From Minisyncoccota bacterium (GTDB lineage Bacteria > Patescibacteriota > Minisyncoccia > Phycocordibacterales > Phycocordibacteraceae), in contig DASPLI010000001.1 of assembly GCA_035627655.1 (NCBI GenBank), positions 665,605 to 729,604 of the forward strand: a stretch of 64,000 bases of DNA, given 5' to 3'. Numbering within the stretch: the first letter of the stretch is position 1; each line of letters opens with the position of its first letter. A model generated the notes under the pieces. That model was not told the DNA's origin. It searched no databases and worked only from the letters and a program-made list of their open reading frames with translations. This document shows positions 55,442 through 64,000 of this stretch, in pieces. The position numbers and the translations under genes were made by a program.

Positions 55442-58324
55442 TTAGCTCTGGCAACTCTCGCACACGCCCGCTTCCTCCCCTGCGGCCACTCGCGCGAGCT
55501 TTGCCTTCCATTCTTCTGGATCAAATCCGGCGGGGACGGACGGTATCGCGCTTACCTCAGCAACCGGCGTTTCAACAGTCGGTGCAGTCTCAATCGTTGC
55601 CATAGCGGCCGACACGATCGTCGAAGCACCGCGAGTATGGGTTGCGCCGTACTCAGACGTCGACACCGTCGACTTCTCTACCTGTGAAGCACCGAGTGAG
55701 CGGAGGTAGTACGTGGTCTTGAGACCAAGGCGCCACGCATGGAAGTAGATATCTGAGAGTTCGCGCCCGGACGTTCCGTTGAAGAAGATGTTGAGGGACT
55801 GCGACTGATCGATCCACTTGGAACGGCGCGCAGCTGCCTCGATAAGCCACTTTGCGTCGATCTCGAACACCTCCTTGTACCGGCGGCGAACCTCAGCAGG
55901 AATCTCCTGAATGTCCTGGATGGAACCGTCGGCATACTTGATGCGGTTCAACATACCAAGACTCCAGAGACCGCGAGACTTGAGGTCCTCGATGAGGTAT
56001 TTGTTCACTACCACGAAGTCTCCCGCCTGATTGGACTTCACGTAGAGATTCTTGTAGATCGGCTCGGTCGTTGGAATGCAGCCGACGATATTTGCCGTGG
56101 TTGCCGTCGGTGCGACTGCCATCGTGTTGGAGTTACGCATACCGTACTGCTTCACATGCTCGCGCACCCGCGTCCAATCAAGCTTTCCACCACGCGGAAC
56201 CGCAATCTGCTCGCCGCGCTCCTTTTCAAGAAGATCGAGCGTGTCGACTGGGAAGATGCCGCGATCCCACTTAGAACCCTTGTAGGTCTGGTAGGTGCCG
56301 CGTTCCTTTGCAAGCTCAGACGACGAAAGGATCGCGTAGTAGGAAACAATCTCCATGCTCTCGTCGGAGAATTCGACTGCTTCCTGCGAATCGAAGTCGA
56401 TACCGAGAAGGTAGAGTGCGTCATGCAGACCGCGAAGGCCGAGACCCACCGGGCGATGGCGCATGTTGGAACGCTTCGCGTCATCCGTCGGGTAGTAGTT
56501 GATGTCGATGACGTTATCGAGCATGCGCATAGAGATGCGTACCACCTTCTCAACCAGATCGCGATCAAAGCGTGCCTTACCGTCTGCGCCGACCGTCACG
56601 AACTTCGCGAAGTTCAGAGAGCCGAGGTTACAGACTGCAGTCTCGTCAGCACTCGTGTTGAGCGTGATTTCAGTGCAGAGATTTGAGTTATGCACGACGC
56701 CCACGTGATCCTGGGGCGAGCGAATGTTTGATGGATCCTTCCAGGTAATCCACGGATGTCCGGTCTCAAAGAGCATGGAGATCATCTTCTTCCAGAGATC
56801 CTGTGCTGGAATGGTTTTGAAGAGTTTGATCTTTCCTTCGCGCGCCTTCTGCTCGTACTCCATGTACTTTGCGTCAAACGCCGAGCCGTAGATGTCGTGG
56901 AGTTCCGGCGTCTCGTCCGGCGAGAAGAGCGTCCACTCTCCCCCATCGCGCACCCGCTTCATAAAGAGGTCCGGAATCCAGCTTGCCGTATTCATGTCGT
57001 GGGTACGGCGGCGCTCGTCGCCCGTATTCTTACGCAGCTCAATAAAGTCTGGGAAATCGTAGTGCCAGCATTCAAGGTACACACAGGCAGCCCCGCGACG
57101 GCGTCCTGAACGGTTGATGGCAACCGTAACGTCGTTTGCGATCTTCAAGAACGGAATCACGCCCTGGCTGTTGACGCCGGTTCCCTTGATGAAGGCGCCC
57201 GTTGCGCGAAGCGGCGTCCAGTCCGTACCAATACCGCCCGACCACTTCGAAAGCTGCGCGTTGTCGGCGTAGTTCTTGAAGATGGCATGCAGGTCGTCCG
57301 GCACCGTGTTGAGGTAGCAGGAGGAGAGCTGCGGCTTAGGCGTACCCGCATGGAAGAGGGTTGGGGTCGATGGCGTGTAGTAGAAGTCACTCATCACCTC
57401 GTAGAATTCAATGATGCGTTCTGTACGTACTGCTTCATCCTCAAGAATTGCCGTACCCATCGCAATACGCATCCAGAACATCTGCGGCGTCTCGATTACC
57501 TTCTTCGTATTCTCGTCGCGAACGAAGTAGCGGTCATAGAGCGTCTGAAGACCGAGGTAGTCGAAGTTGTGATCGCGCGAGAGGTCGAGCTTCTTCGCGA
57601 GCGTATCGATATCGAATGCAAGCAGTCGCTCGTCGATGCGTTGAATAGACACGCCATGCTCAAGCGACTTGCGGAATGCTTCTGCATGCCGCTCCGTGAG
57701 ACTTCCCTCGCTTTCCGTACCGAGCACTTCAGCGTAAATGGTCTTAAGGAGGAGGCGTGCAGCAAGTTTTGAGTATGCGGGATCGCGTTCGATCATTGCG
57801 CGCACAACCATGATGAGCGCGTTGCCGATATCGGCAGTGCTGATGCCTTCGTAGAGCTCGTACTTGAGCTGCTCCATGATCGCGTCAACATCAACGCTGA
57901 TGCCTTCATCGACGAATTTCTGGAGCGTCTTTCGAATCGGTGCTTCTGAGTACGGTTCAAGCGCACCAGAAGAGGTGGTGATGTTGAGCTTTGACTCCTC
58001 GATCTTCTCGATAACCTCCTGCTGCTTCTCTTCGCGGATTTTGGTGTGTTCGTAGCGGTAAACGATGTAGTGTTTCGCAACTTCGTGGTAGCCGCTCTTC
58101 ATGAGAATGAGCTCTACCCGGTCCTGCACATGCTCCACGGACGGCACGGCCTCCGGGAAGTTGGTCTCAATATCGCGTATAACGACCGACGTCATGTCGG
58201 AAAGGTCGCTCTCTGTGATCGGAACGTTCATCGCAAGAAACGCCTTACGCATTGCGTTCGCGATCTTACCCGAATCAAAATCGACAATCGAACCGTTCCT
58301 CTTCTTTATCTGGCGCATAGACAT
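55442..58324 (-). CDS. nrdA: Ribonucleotide reductase class Ia alpha subunit with tandem ATP cones
   Basis: KKRNG ATP cone plus a degenerate second cone; PSTPTLF, LSSCY, SNLCTEI, APTAT, KTTYYLR, C-terminal CESC. Confidence 0.96.
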   Translation of the reverse strand: MSMRQIKKRNGSIVDFDSGKIANAMRKAFLAMNVPITESDLSDMTSVVIRDIETNFPEAVPSVEHVQDRVELILMKSGYHEVAKHYIVYRYEHTKIREEKQQEVIEKIEESKLNITTSSGALEPYSEAPIRKTLQKFVDEGISVDVDAIMEQLKYELYEGISTADIGNALIMVVRAMIERDPAYSKLAARLLLKTIYAEVLGTESEGSLTERHAEAFRKSLEHGVSIQRIDERLLAFDIDTLAKKLDLSRDHNFDYLGLQTLYDRYFVRDENTKKVIETPQMFWMRIAMGTAILEDEAVRTERIIEFYEVMSDFYYTPSTPTLFHAGTPKPQLSSCYLNTVPDDLHAIFKNYADNAQLSKWSGGIGTDWTPLRATGAFIKGTGVNSQGVIPFLKIANDVTVAINRSGRRRGAACVYLECWHYDFPDFIELRKNTGDERRRTHDMNTASWIPDLFMKRVRDGGEWTLFSPDETPELHDIYGSAFDAKYMEYEQKAREGKIKLFKTIPAQDLWKKMISMLFETGHPWITWKDPSNIRSPQDHVGVVHNSNLCTEITLNTSADETAVCNLGSLNFAKFVTVGADGKARFDRDLVEKVVRISMRMLDNVIDINYYPTDDAKRSNMRHRPVGLGLRGLHDALYLLGIDFDSQEAVEFSDESMEIVSYYAILSSSELAKERGTYQTYKGSKWDRGIFPVDTLDLLEKERGEQIAVPRGGKLDWTRVREHVKQYGMRNSNTMAVAPTATTANIVGCIPTTEPIYKNLYVKSNQAGDFVVVNKYLIEDLKSRGLWSLGMLNRIKYADGSIQDIQEIPAEVRRRYKEVFEIDAKWLIEAAARRSKWIDQSQSLNIFFNGTSGRELSDIYFHAWRLGLKTTYYLRSLGASQVEKSTVSTSEYGATHTRGASTIVSAAMATIETAPTVETPVAEVSAIPSVPAGFDPEEWKAKLARVAAGEEAGVCESCQS

Positions 58325-58579
58325 AAAAACATTACGTTGATAATTCGTCCGGTTGAGGGGTCATGAAAAGCCTCGTTCCAGACGGCACACCTGATGGATC
58401 TCCATGATAGCTCCGGGAGTTACATGAAGCACTGTGGACAGGGTGTCTCCCGACACGGATTTTTTCGAGCGCAAGACCTTCGCTAAAAAAGTAAGCATAT
58501 GCGGGCCCTAGTGGCGCCTTGGTGAAGGCTCGAACTGCGCCCGAGCGCTTCAAAAAAGCCGCCCGAGAGGCGGCTCTCT

Positions 58580-59350
58580 TTAGTTCTTGAAACCCTCGCC
58601 CCGCATGAACATCCACAGCGTCACGAGGAAGAAGACAACCGTCATTCCGCCAAGCACTGCAAAGCAAATCCAGAGGTTTACGTCACTAATACCCAAGAAG
58701 CCGTATCGGAACGCGTTCACCATATACAGAATAGGGTTGAACAATGAGAGGGATTGCCACGGCTCGGGCAAAAGATCGATCGAATAGAAGACGCCGCCCA
58801 AATACGTAAGCGGAGTGAGCACGAAGGTCGGAACAATGCTCATGCCATCAAAGCCCTTAGCATAGAAGCCGTTGATGAGGCCGCCAAGCGAGAATAAGAG
58901 CGCCGTGAGAACCGCCGCAGCGATGATCACGAAGATGTTTGCGATCGAGAGCGGCGTAAAGAAGAACGAGGTAATGATAATGAGGATGCTTACCAAGAGT
59001 GCGCGAATAACGCCGCCAGCAACAAAACCCGCAACGATCGTCCATGCTGGCATGGGAGACACGAGTAGTTCCTCGATGTTCTTGACGAACTTTGCGAAGA
59101 AGAATGTTGAGACCGTGTTCATGTACGCGGACGTGATGAGACTCATCATCACGAGTCCCGGCATGATGAACTGCATGTAGGAGTAGCCGTCAATCGGCGC
59201 AACCTGACTTCCGATGAACCCACCGAAGATCGCGAAGTACAGCGTCGTCGTCACGACCGGCGGCAAGAGCGTCTGTGACCAGATCCGGAAGATGCGGATC
59301 GTGTCCTGACGGATCATCGTATAGAAACCGATCAGTGCGGGATTTTTCAT
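58580..59350 (-). CDS. ABC-2 transporter permease (YadH-like)
   Basis: QTLLPPV, YMQFIMPGL, PLTYLGGVFYS, NPILYMVNAFRYG. Confidence 0.9.
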   Translation of the reverse strand: MKNPALIGFYTMIRQDTIRIFRIWSQTLLPPVVTTTLYFAIFGGFIGSQVAPIDGYSYMQFIMPGLVMMSLITSAYMNTVSTFFFAKFVKNIEELLVSPMPAWTIVAGFVAGGVIRALLVSILIIITSFFFTPLSIANIFVIIAAAVLTALLFSLGGLINGFYAKGFDGMSIVPTFVLTPLTYLGGVFYSIDLLPEPWQSLSLFNPILYMVNAFRYGFLGISDVNLWICFAVLGGMTVVFFLVTLWMFMRGEGFKN

Positions 59351-60108
59351 ACTGCTGGCTTCTCCTCCTCGATAAGCTTGAGGAAGATATCTTCGAGCTT
59401 CTGGCCTTCATGGCGATCAATAAGCTCCTTGGTCGGTTCGTCGGTCACGACTGCCCCCTTATTGATGATCGCGACATGCCGGGAGAGCTGCTCGGCCTCC
59501 TCAAGGTAGTGGGTCGTGAGCACAATGGTCGTCCCTTCCCCATTGATGCGGCGCAAGTAGTCCCACATACCGCGGCGAAGCTCCACGTCGACGCCTGCCG
59601 TCGGCTCGTCCAAGAGCAAAATCTTTGGCTGATGCACCAGCGCACGAGCGATCATAAGGCGCCGCTTCATACCGCCAGAAAGGCTCTGGCTGCGCTCCTT
59701 GCGCTTATCGTAGAGGCCGAGATCTTTGAGGAGCTGCTCGACCTTTGGCTTCGCCTCGCTTCGCGGAATACCGTAGTAGCCGGCCTGGCCGAGGATAATG
59801 TCCTCAACCTTCTCAAAGAAGTTGAAGTTCATCTCCTGGGGCACGACGCCGATAAACGTTTTGGCAGTATCCGGGTCTTCGTCAATGGAAATGCCGTTGA
59901 TGCGCACCTCGCCACCCGACTTCTGCACGATACCGGTAAGAATGCCGATCAGGCTGGTCTTGCCAGCGCCATTGGGCCCCAGAAGCGCAAAGAATTCCCC
60001 CGCGGGTACCGTAAGCGAGACTCCTTTGAGAGCCTCTACTTCTTGTGCACCCTTGATGCGGGGCTTATACGTCTTCGTGACGTTCGTTACTTCAATTGCC
60101 GGAGGCAT
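59347..60108 (-). CDS. ABC transporter ATP-binding protein (YadG-like)
   Basis: GPNGAGKT, LSGGMKRR, LLDEPT, TTHY. Confidence 0.93.
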   Translation of the reverse strand: MPPAIEVTNVTKTYKPRIKGAQEVEALKGVSLTVPAGEFFALLGPNGAGKTSLIGILTGIVQKSGGEVRINGISIDEDPDTAKTFIGVVPQEMNFNFFEKVEDIILGQAGYYGIPRSEAKPKVEQLLKDLGLYDKRKERSQSLSGGMKRRLMIARALVHQPKILLLDEPTAGVDVELRRGMWDYLRRINGEGTTIVLTTHYLEEAEQLSRHVAIINKGAVVTDEPTKELIDRHEGQKLEDIFLKLIEEEKPAV

Positions 60109-60155
60109 ACGAAAGCACCAGTATACCAAACTCTTCCACGCTATACTCTGTAGGT

Positions 60156-61805
60156 ATGAACGACGTTGTTTCCCTCCTACGAAGCCGACTCAAGGGTGAG
60201 GTGCGCAACGATCCAGAAACGCGAAAGCAGTTTTCGCGCGACATGAGTATCTTCGAGCGGACGCCGTCTGTCGTGGTGTTTCCTAAAGACACGCAGGATG
60301 TCGCGGAACTCGTCAAAGCGATTGCTGGCGCAAAGAAGGAAGGAGCTGACGTGTCGGTAACGGGCCGCTCTGCTGGCACCGATATGTCAGGCGGACCGCT
60401 TACCACCTCGGTGGTCGCGGTGTTTACCAAGTACATGAACAAGATGCTCGCAATTGGCGACGGGCGTGCTACCTGCGAACCAGGGACCTACGACCGAGAC
60501 TTTGAAAAAGCGGTCGGCGAGAAGGGCTACCTCCTTCCCTCGTACCCGGCCTCAAGAAACATTGCAGCGATCGGCGGACTCGTGAATAACAACTCCGGCG
60601 GCGAGCGCACGCTTGAGTACGGAAAGACCGATCGCTATGTCGAAGAGCTGGAAGTAGTGCTCTCAGACGGATCAGTCACTACGCTTCGCGCGCTTGGACC
60701 TGACGAGCTTGAAGCAAAGAAACAACTACCGACGTTCGAAGGAGAGATTTACCGCAAGATGAGCGACCTTATTCTCAAAAACCGAGAGGTCATTGAACAT
60801 GCTCGTCCGCTCGTATCCAAAAACTCCGCCGGCTACGCGCTCTGGGACGTGTTTGATACCGAACACGGCACCTTCGACCTTACGAAGCTCATTGTGGGCG
60901 CGCAGGGCACACTTGCACTCACCACCAAGATGACGTTCCGGCTGGTGCGTCCGAAGAAACACCGCTCTATGCTCGTCATCTTCCTCAAAGACACGAAAGA
61001 GTTGCCGGAAATCGTGCACCGCATTCTTCCCCACAACCCGGAATCCTTTGAGTCGTACGACGACCATACCTTCTCCCTTGCCATTCGCTTCTTGCCGCAA
61101 ATGCTGATGCAGCTCGGCCTCGTTCGCGCCATCCAGCTCGGCCTCTCCTTTGTTCCTGACGTTCTTGCTGCACTTTCTGGCGGCGTGCCGAAGCTGATTC
61201 TCATGGCTGAATTTGCAGCGGACACGCACGAAGAGGCGCTCAAGCGAGTGCGCGAAGCACAGCATGATCTCAAAGATCTCCACCTGCCCACAAAGATTGA
61301 GAAGGATGAGCGTGCGAGCGAGAAATACTGGATAGTGCGCCGAGAATCATTCGCACTCCTTCGCAAGAATGTGCACGGCCTTTACGCTGCGCCGTTTATT
61401 GACGACTTCGTCGTGCCGCCCGACCGCTATCCAGAGTTCATGCCGCGCCTCAACGAGCTCCTCTCAAAATACGACCTCCTCTACACGATCGCCGGGCATA
61501 TCGGCAACGGCAATTTCCACCTGATCCCACTCATGGATCTCTCGCGGCCGGAAGTTCGGAAGATCATCCTTGAACTTTCGCCGAAAGTGTACGACCTCGT
61601 GCTTGAATACGGCGGCTCTACCACCGGCGAACATAATGACGGCATTATCCGCACTCCCTATCTCCCGCAGATGTTTGGTCCCGATATGGTGCGTCTCTTC
61701 CAGGAGACGAAGCTCATCTTCGATCCGCTCAACATCTTCAATCCGGGCAAGAAGGTAGGCGGCACATTTGCAGATATAGAGCGAGACATGCTGAAGCACG
61801 TCTAA
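60156..61805 (+). CDS. FAD-linked oxidase (GlcD/D-2-hydroxyacid dehydrogenase family)
   Basis: GRSAGTD.SG, IGG..NNNSGG, G.QGTL, GHIGNGNFH, GEHNDG, FDP.NIFNPGK. Confidence 0.87.
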   Translation: MNDVVSLLRSRLKGEVRNDPETRKQFSRDMSIFERTPSVVVFPKDTQDVAELVKAIAGAKKEGADVSVTGRSAGTDMSGGPLTTSVVAVFTKYMNKMLAIGDGRATCEPGTYDRDFEKAVGEKGYLLPSYPASRNIAAIGGLVNNNSGGERTLEYGKTDRYVEELEVVLSDGSVTTLRALGPDELEAKKQLPTFEGEIYRKMSDLILKNREVIEHARPLVSKNSAGYALWDVFDTEHGTFDLTKLIVGAQGTLALTTKMTFRLVRPKKHRSMLVIFLKDTKELPEIVHRILPHNPESFESYDDHTFSLAIRFLPQMLMQLGLVRAIQLGLSFVPDVLAALSGGVPKLILMAEFAADTHEEALKRVREAQHDLKDLHLPTKIEKDERASEKYWIVRRESFALLRKNVHGLYAAPFIDDFVVPPDRYPEFMPRLNELLSKYDLLYTIAGHIGNGNFHLIPLMDLSRPEVRKIILELSPKVYDLVLEYGGSTTGEHNDGIIRTPYLPQMFGPDMVRLFQETKLIFDPLNIFNPGKKVGGTFADIERDMLKHV

Positions 61806-61929
61806 TCCACAGGATCACTAAAAACCCTTGTTATTTTCCCTTGTTTGTGGCATACTTTCCGTGACTCGCAGACTTCTCGAGCCCCCAAAAAGTTCGGCAT
61901 CGGCGAGAGTTAAAAAATCACGTTCACGC

Positions 61930-62271
61930 ATGGCTAACACTAAACTGTACGTCGGCGGTATCCCGTATACCTCGACGGAGGACACCCTCAAGGCTGCTTT
62001 TGAAGAAGCAGGCCAGGTTACGTCCGCAAGCATTATCATGGACCGCATGACCGGCCGCTCCCGCGGTTTCGGCTTCGTTGAAATGGCTGATGAAGCCGGC
62101 GCGCAAGCTGCAATCGATCGCTGGGACGGCAAGGAGTTCGAGGGCCGCATGCTCTCTGTCTCCTTCGCTCGCCCGCAGGGTGAGCGCCCTCCTCGCCGTG
62201 ATGGCGGAGGCTTCGGCGGCGGCCGCGGCGGCTACGGCAACGACCGTGGCGGTTACGGCGGCGGTTACTAA
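61930..62271 (+). CDS. RRM RNA-binding protein with glycine-rich tail
   Basis: RNP2 LYVGGI, RNP1 RGFGFVEM, RGG-rich C-terminus. Confidence 0.95.
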   Translation: MANTKLYVGGIPYTSTEDTLKAAFEEAGQVTSASIIMDRMTGRSRGFGFVEMADEAGAQAAIDRWDGKEFEGRMLSVSFARPQGERPPRRDGGGFGGGRGGYGNDRGGYGGGY

Positions 62272-62297
62272 AACCGGCCCCTCAAGAAAAAACCCGC

Positions 62298-62735
62298 TCA
62301 CGCGGGTTTTTTCTTTACCCACATTCCCTGCTCACTGTACTGCTTGAAACGGTCCAGGATTGCCTGCCAACCTGCGCGCTGGAAGTCGAGCGAGTTCTCG
62401 CTTTCTGGGTCAAAAGTTTCGACAATATGGACGGCGTCTTCTGTTTGCGTAAACACGACGATAACTTTTCTGCCGTCCTCCATGGCATAGGCGATACGCT
62501 CCTGTGGAATCACCTCATCGTAGGTTCCCTTGAAATCAAATCCCTCGCTGCCGTCTTTCGCCTCCATGCGATAGGAAAAAGTGCCGCCGGTCTTGAGGTC
62601 ATTCATCGACTGCGTCGTATGCCAGTCATCGGACGCAGCATTCCACGCCTTCACCGATTCAGCGTCCGTAAAGTCGTGCCACACTTTTTCAATCGGAGCG
62701 TGCACAGTCGTTTCTACCGTAATGGTTTCGTTCAT
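62298..62735 (-). CDS. SRPBCC/AHSA1-like domain protein
   Basis: WNAASDDW, GG.FSYRMEAKDGS.GFDF.G.Y, QRAGWQAIL. Confidence 0.88.
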   Translation of the reverse strand: MNETITVETTVHAPIEKVWHDFTDAESVKAWNAASDDWHTTQSMNDLKTGGTFSYRMEAKDGSEGFDFKGTYDEVIPQERIAYAMEDGRKVIVVFTQTEDAVHIVETFDPESENSLDFQRAGWQAILDRFKQYSEQGMWVKKKPA

Positions 62736-62748
62736 AGGTACCTATTTA

Positions 62749-63210
62749 CTAACCACACTTGGTTACTGAAGGCTCGCTTGGTCCGAGCACCTCCCGCTTC
62801 TTCCCTTCCGCATGCCAACCAACCAGATTTGAAACAACCTGGAAGAAAGAAGCCACACCCGCAAGCGCAAGCACGAGAATGATCGGCCAGGCGACGGGTG
62901 TTGCAAAGTAGGCAAAGACTACAAAGAACGAGAACCACAGACCGGTGCACCACGGGCAGTTGATGAGCTGGGAGAACGTGCCGGTGAAGCTGTCGCGCGG
63001 GGCGGTTGCAACCGCATCACGAATGAACTTCGTAATGACGTCATAGCTCACCAGCCGCACCAAGCGGAACGTGGCGAGCGCCATGAGCGTCAAGTCAAGC
63101 AGTGAGACGGTCGGCATGAAGCGGCCGCCGTCGGTAAGCAGCATCGCCCCCTTAATAACCAATGCAGCAAAAAAGATACCGAAAACACTGTTCCAAAATG
63201 CGCTTTTCAT
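62749..63210 (-). CDS. DUF1360-like membrane protein
   Basis: LATFRL.RLV..D.IT...R and L..CPWC.G.W motifs. Confidence 0.82.
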   Translation of the reverse strand: MKSAFWNSVFGIFFAALVIKGAMLLTDGGRFMPTVSLLDLTLMALATFRLVRLVSYDVITKFIRDAVATAPRDSFTGTFSQLINCPWCTGLWFSFFVVFAYFATPVAWPIILVLALAGVASFFQVVSNLVGWHAEGKKREVLGPSEPSVTKCG

Positions 63211-63234
63211 GAGAAGTAGTATACCCTACGAGAT

Positions 63235-63942
63235 ATGGAGATAGACAAAGACGATCGCGAGGCATTATTTCGCGAGAAGCCGGACGCAACAGAAGCAGAT
63301 CTCGAACGCCTGCGACAAGGAGAACCGCTTGCCTATGTGATCGGCAATCAGCCGTTTCTTGGACTCACAATCAATCTCGCCTCTCGCCCACTCATTCCCC
63401 GCCCCGAAACCGAATGGTGGACTGAACTTCTGATTGAGCGCATCGGAACGGCTCCAGTCCGAGTACTCGACCTGTGCGCAGGGTCTGGTGCCATTGGGCT
63501 TGCCGTTCTCAAGCACTGCCCGAACGCACACGTTTCCTTTGGCGAAATAAGCGCAGTGCACACGAAACAGATAGAGGAAAATATCACGCTCAACCGCCTT
63601 GATGCGGCACGTGCAGATATTCGCAGCGGAGACTTGTTCGAGCCCTTTGCGGGCGAACGTCTTGATTTCATTGCGGCGAATCCGCCCTACATTCCTGAAC
63701 GCCGCCCGCTTGATACGAACGTTACGGAATACGAGCCAGCAGAAGCACTCTTTGCTGGCGAAGACGGGCTCTCTGTCATACGCCGCATTGCCGCAGAAGC
63801 AGCCGCATACCTAAGACCTACGGGCGAGGTCTGGATAGAATGCGACATCGATAATATCGAGGCGGCAGCTTCGCTCTTCCCGCACCCTACGATACACACC
63901 GATCCCTATGGGCGCCCCCGTCTCCTAGTGGCATACTACTGA
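63235..63942 (+). CDS. prmC: Release factor glutamine methyltransferase
   Basis: GEPLAYVIG, LIPRPETE, LDLCAGSGAI, NPPY, EP..AL. Confidence 0.93.
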   Translation: MEIDKDDREALFREKPDATEADLERLRQGEPLAYVIGNQPFLGLTINLASRPLIPRPETEWWTELLIERIGTAPVRVLDLCAGSGAIGLAVLKHCPNAHVSFGEISAVHTKQIEENITLNRLDAARADIRSGDLFEPFAGERLDFIAANPPYIPERRPLDTNVTEYEPAEALFAGEDGLSVIRRIAAEAAAYLRPTGEVWIECDIDNIEAAASLFPHPTIHTDPYGRPRLLVAYY

Positions 63943-63943
63943 T

Positions 63944-64000
63944 ATGCAGCCGGTACCGAATCTGATGCCGAACCTTCCCGGGGCAAGCATTGAGACGATT
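63944..64000 (+). CDS. Possible start of a downstream ORF, truncated by the window edge
   Basis: ATG 1 nt after prmC stop; frame open to the window end. Confidence 0.35.
   Translation, partial: MQPVPNLMPNLPGASIETI

Noticed and set aside
55442-58324. Intein or intron in nrdA
   Set aside because: Extra length is explained by tandem ATP cones and a Pro/Ala-rich C-terminal linker; no splice-junction motifs seen
1-64000. CRISPR array or long tandem repeat
   Set aside because: No regularly spaced direct repeats; intergenic hairpins differ in sequence and fit intrinsic terminators
1-64000. Alternative genetic code (UGA=Gly as in Gracilibacteria)
   Set aside because: Conserved genes are full length under code 11 and several end at TGA with ATGA coupling

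Overview
Chromosomal window from a small-genome bacterium using genetic code 11. Gene content and layout point to Patescibacteria/CPR, probably Parcubacteria, but this is inference, not a database result. Core genes include recR, rplU, rmuC, a P2-type ATPase, a short dcw block (mraZ-rsmH-ftsL-like-ftsI-murF), lysS, greA, frr-rseP-proS-mreBCD-mrdA, a second mreB, def-fmt, hpf, apt, uppP, class Ia ribonucleotide reductase (nrdA, nrdB), a yadGH-like ABC pair and prmC, plus tRNA-Glu(CTC) and tRNA-Asn(GTT). An AT-richer AAA-ATPase + subtilisin pair (ietAS-like defence/TA module) sits directly after tRNA-Asn. Between the core genes lie many single-gene modules, typically with their own promoter, Shine-Dalgarno and terminator, whereas many core genes look leaderless. 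The most notable observations are: two secreted outer-membrane-type beta-barrel proteins in a lineage thought to lack an outer membrane; a shared 10-mer upstream of the separated nrdA and nrdB; a shared leader motif in the cold-shock and RRM genes; a long structured mraZ leader; and a 7-TM PQ-loop/SWEET-like protein. No CRISPR array, rRNA, integrase or transposase was seen.
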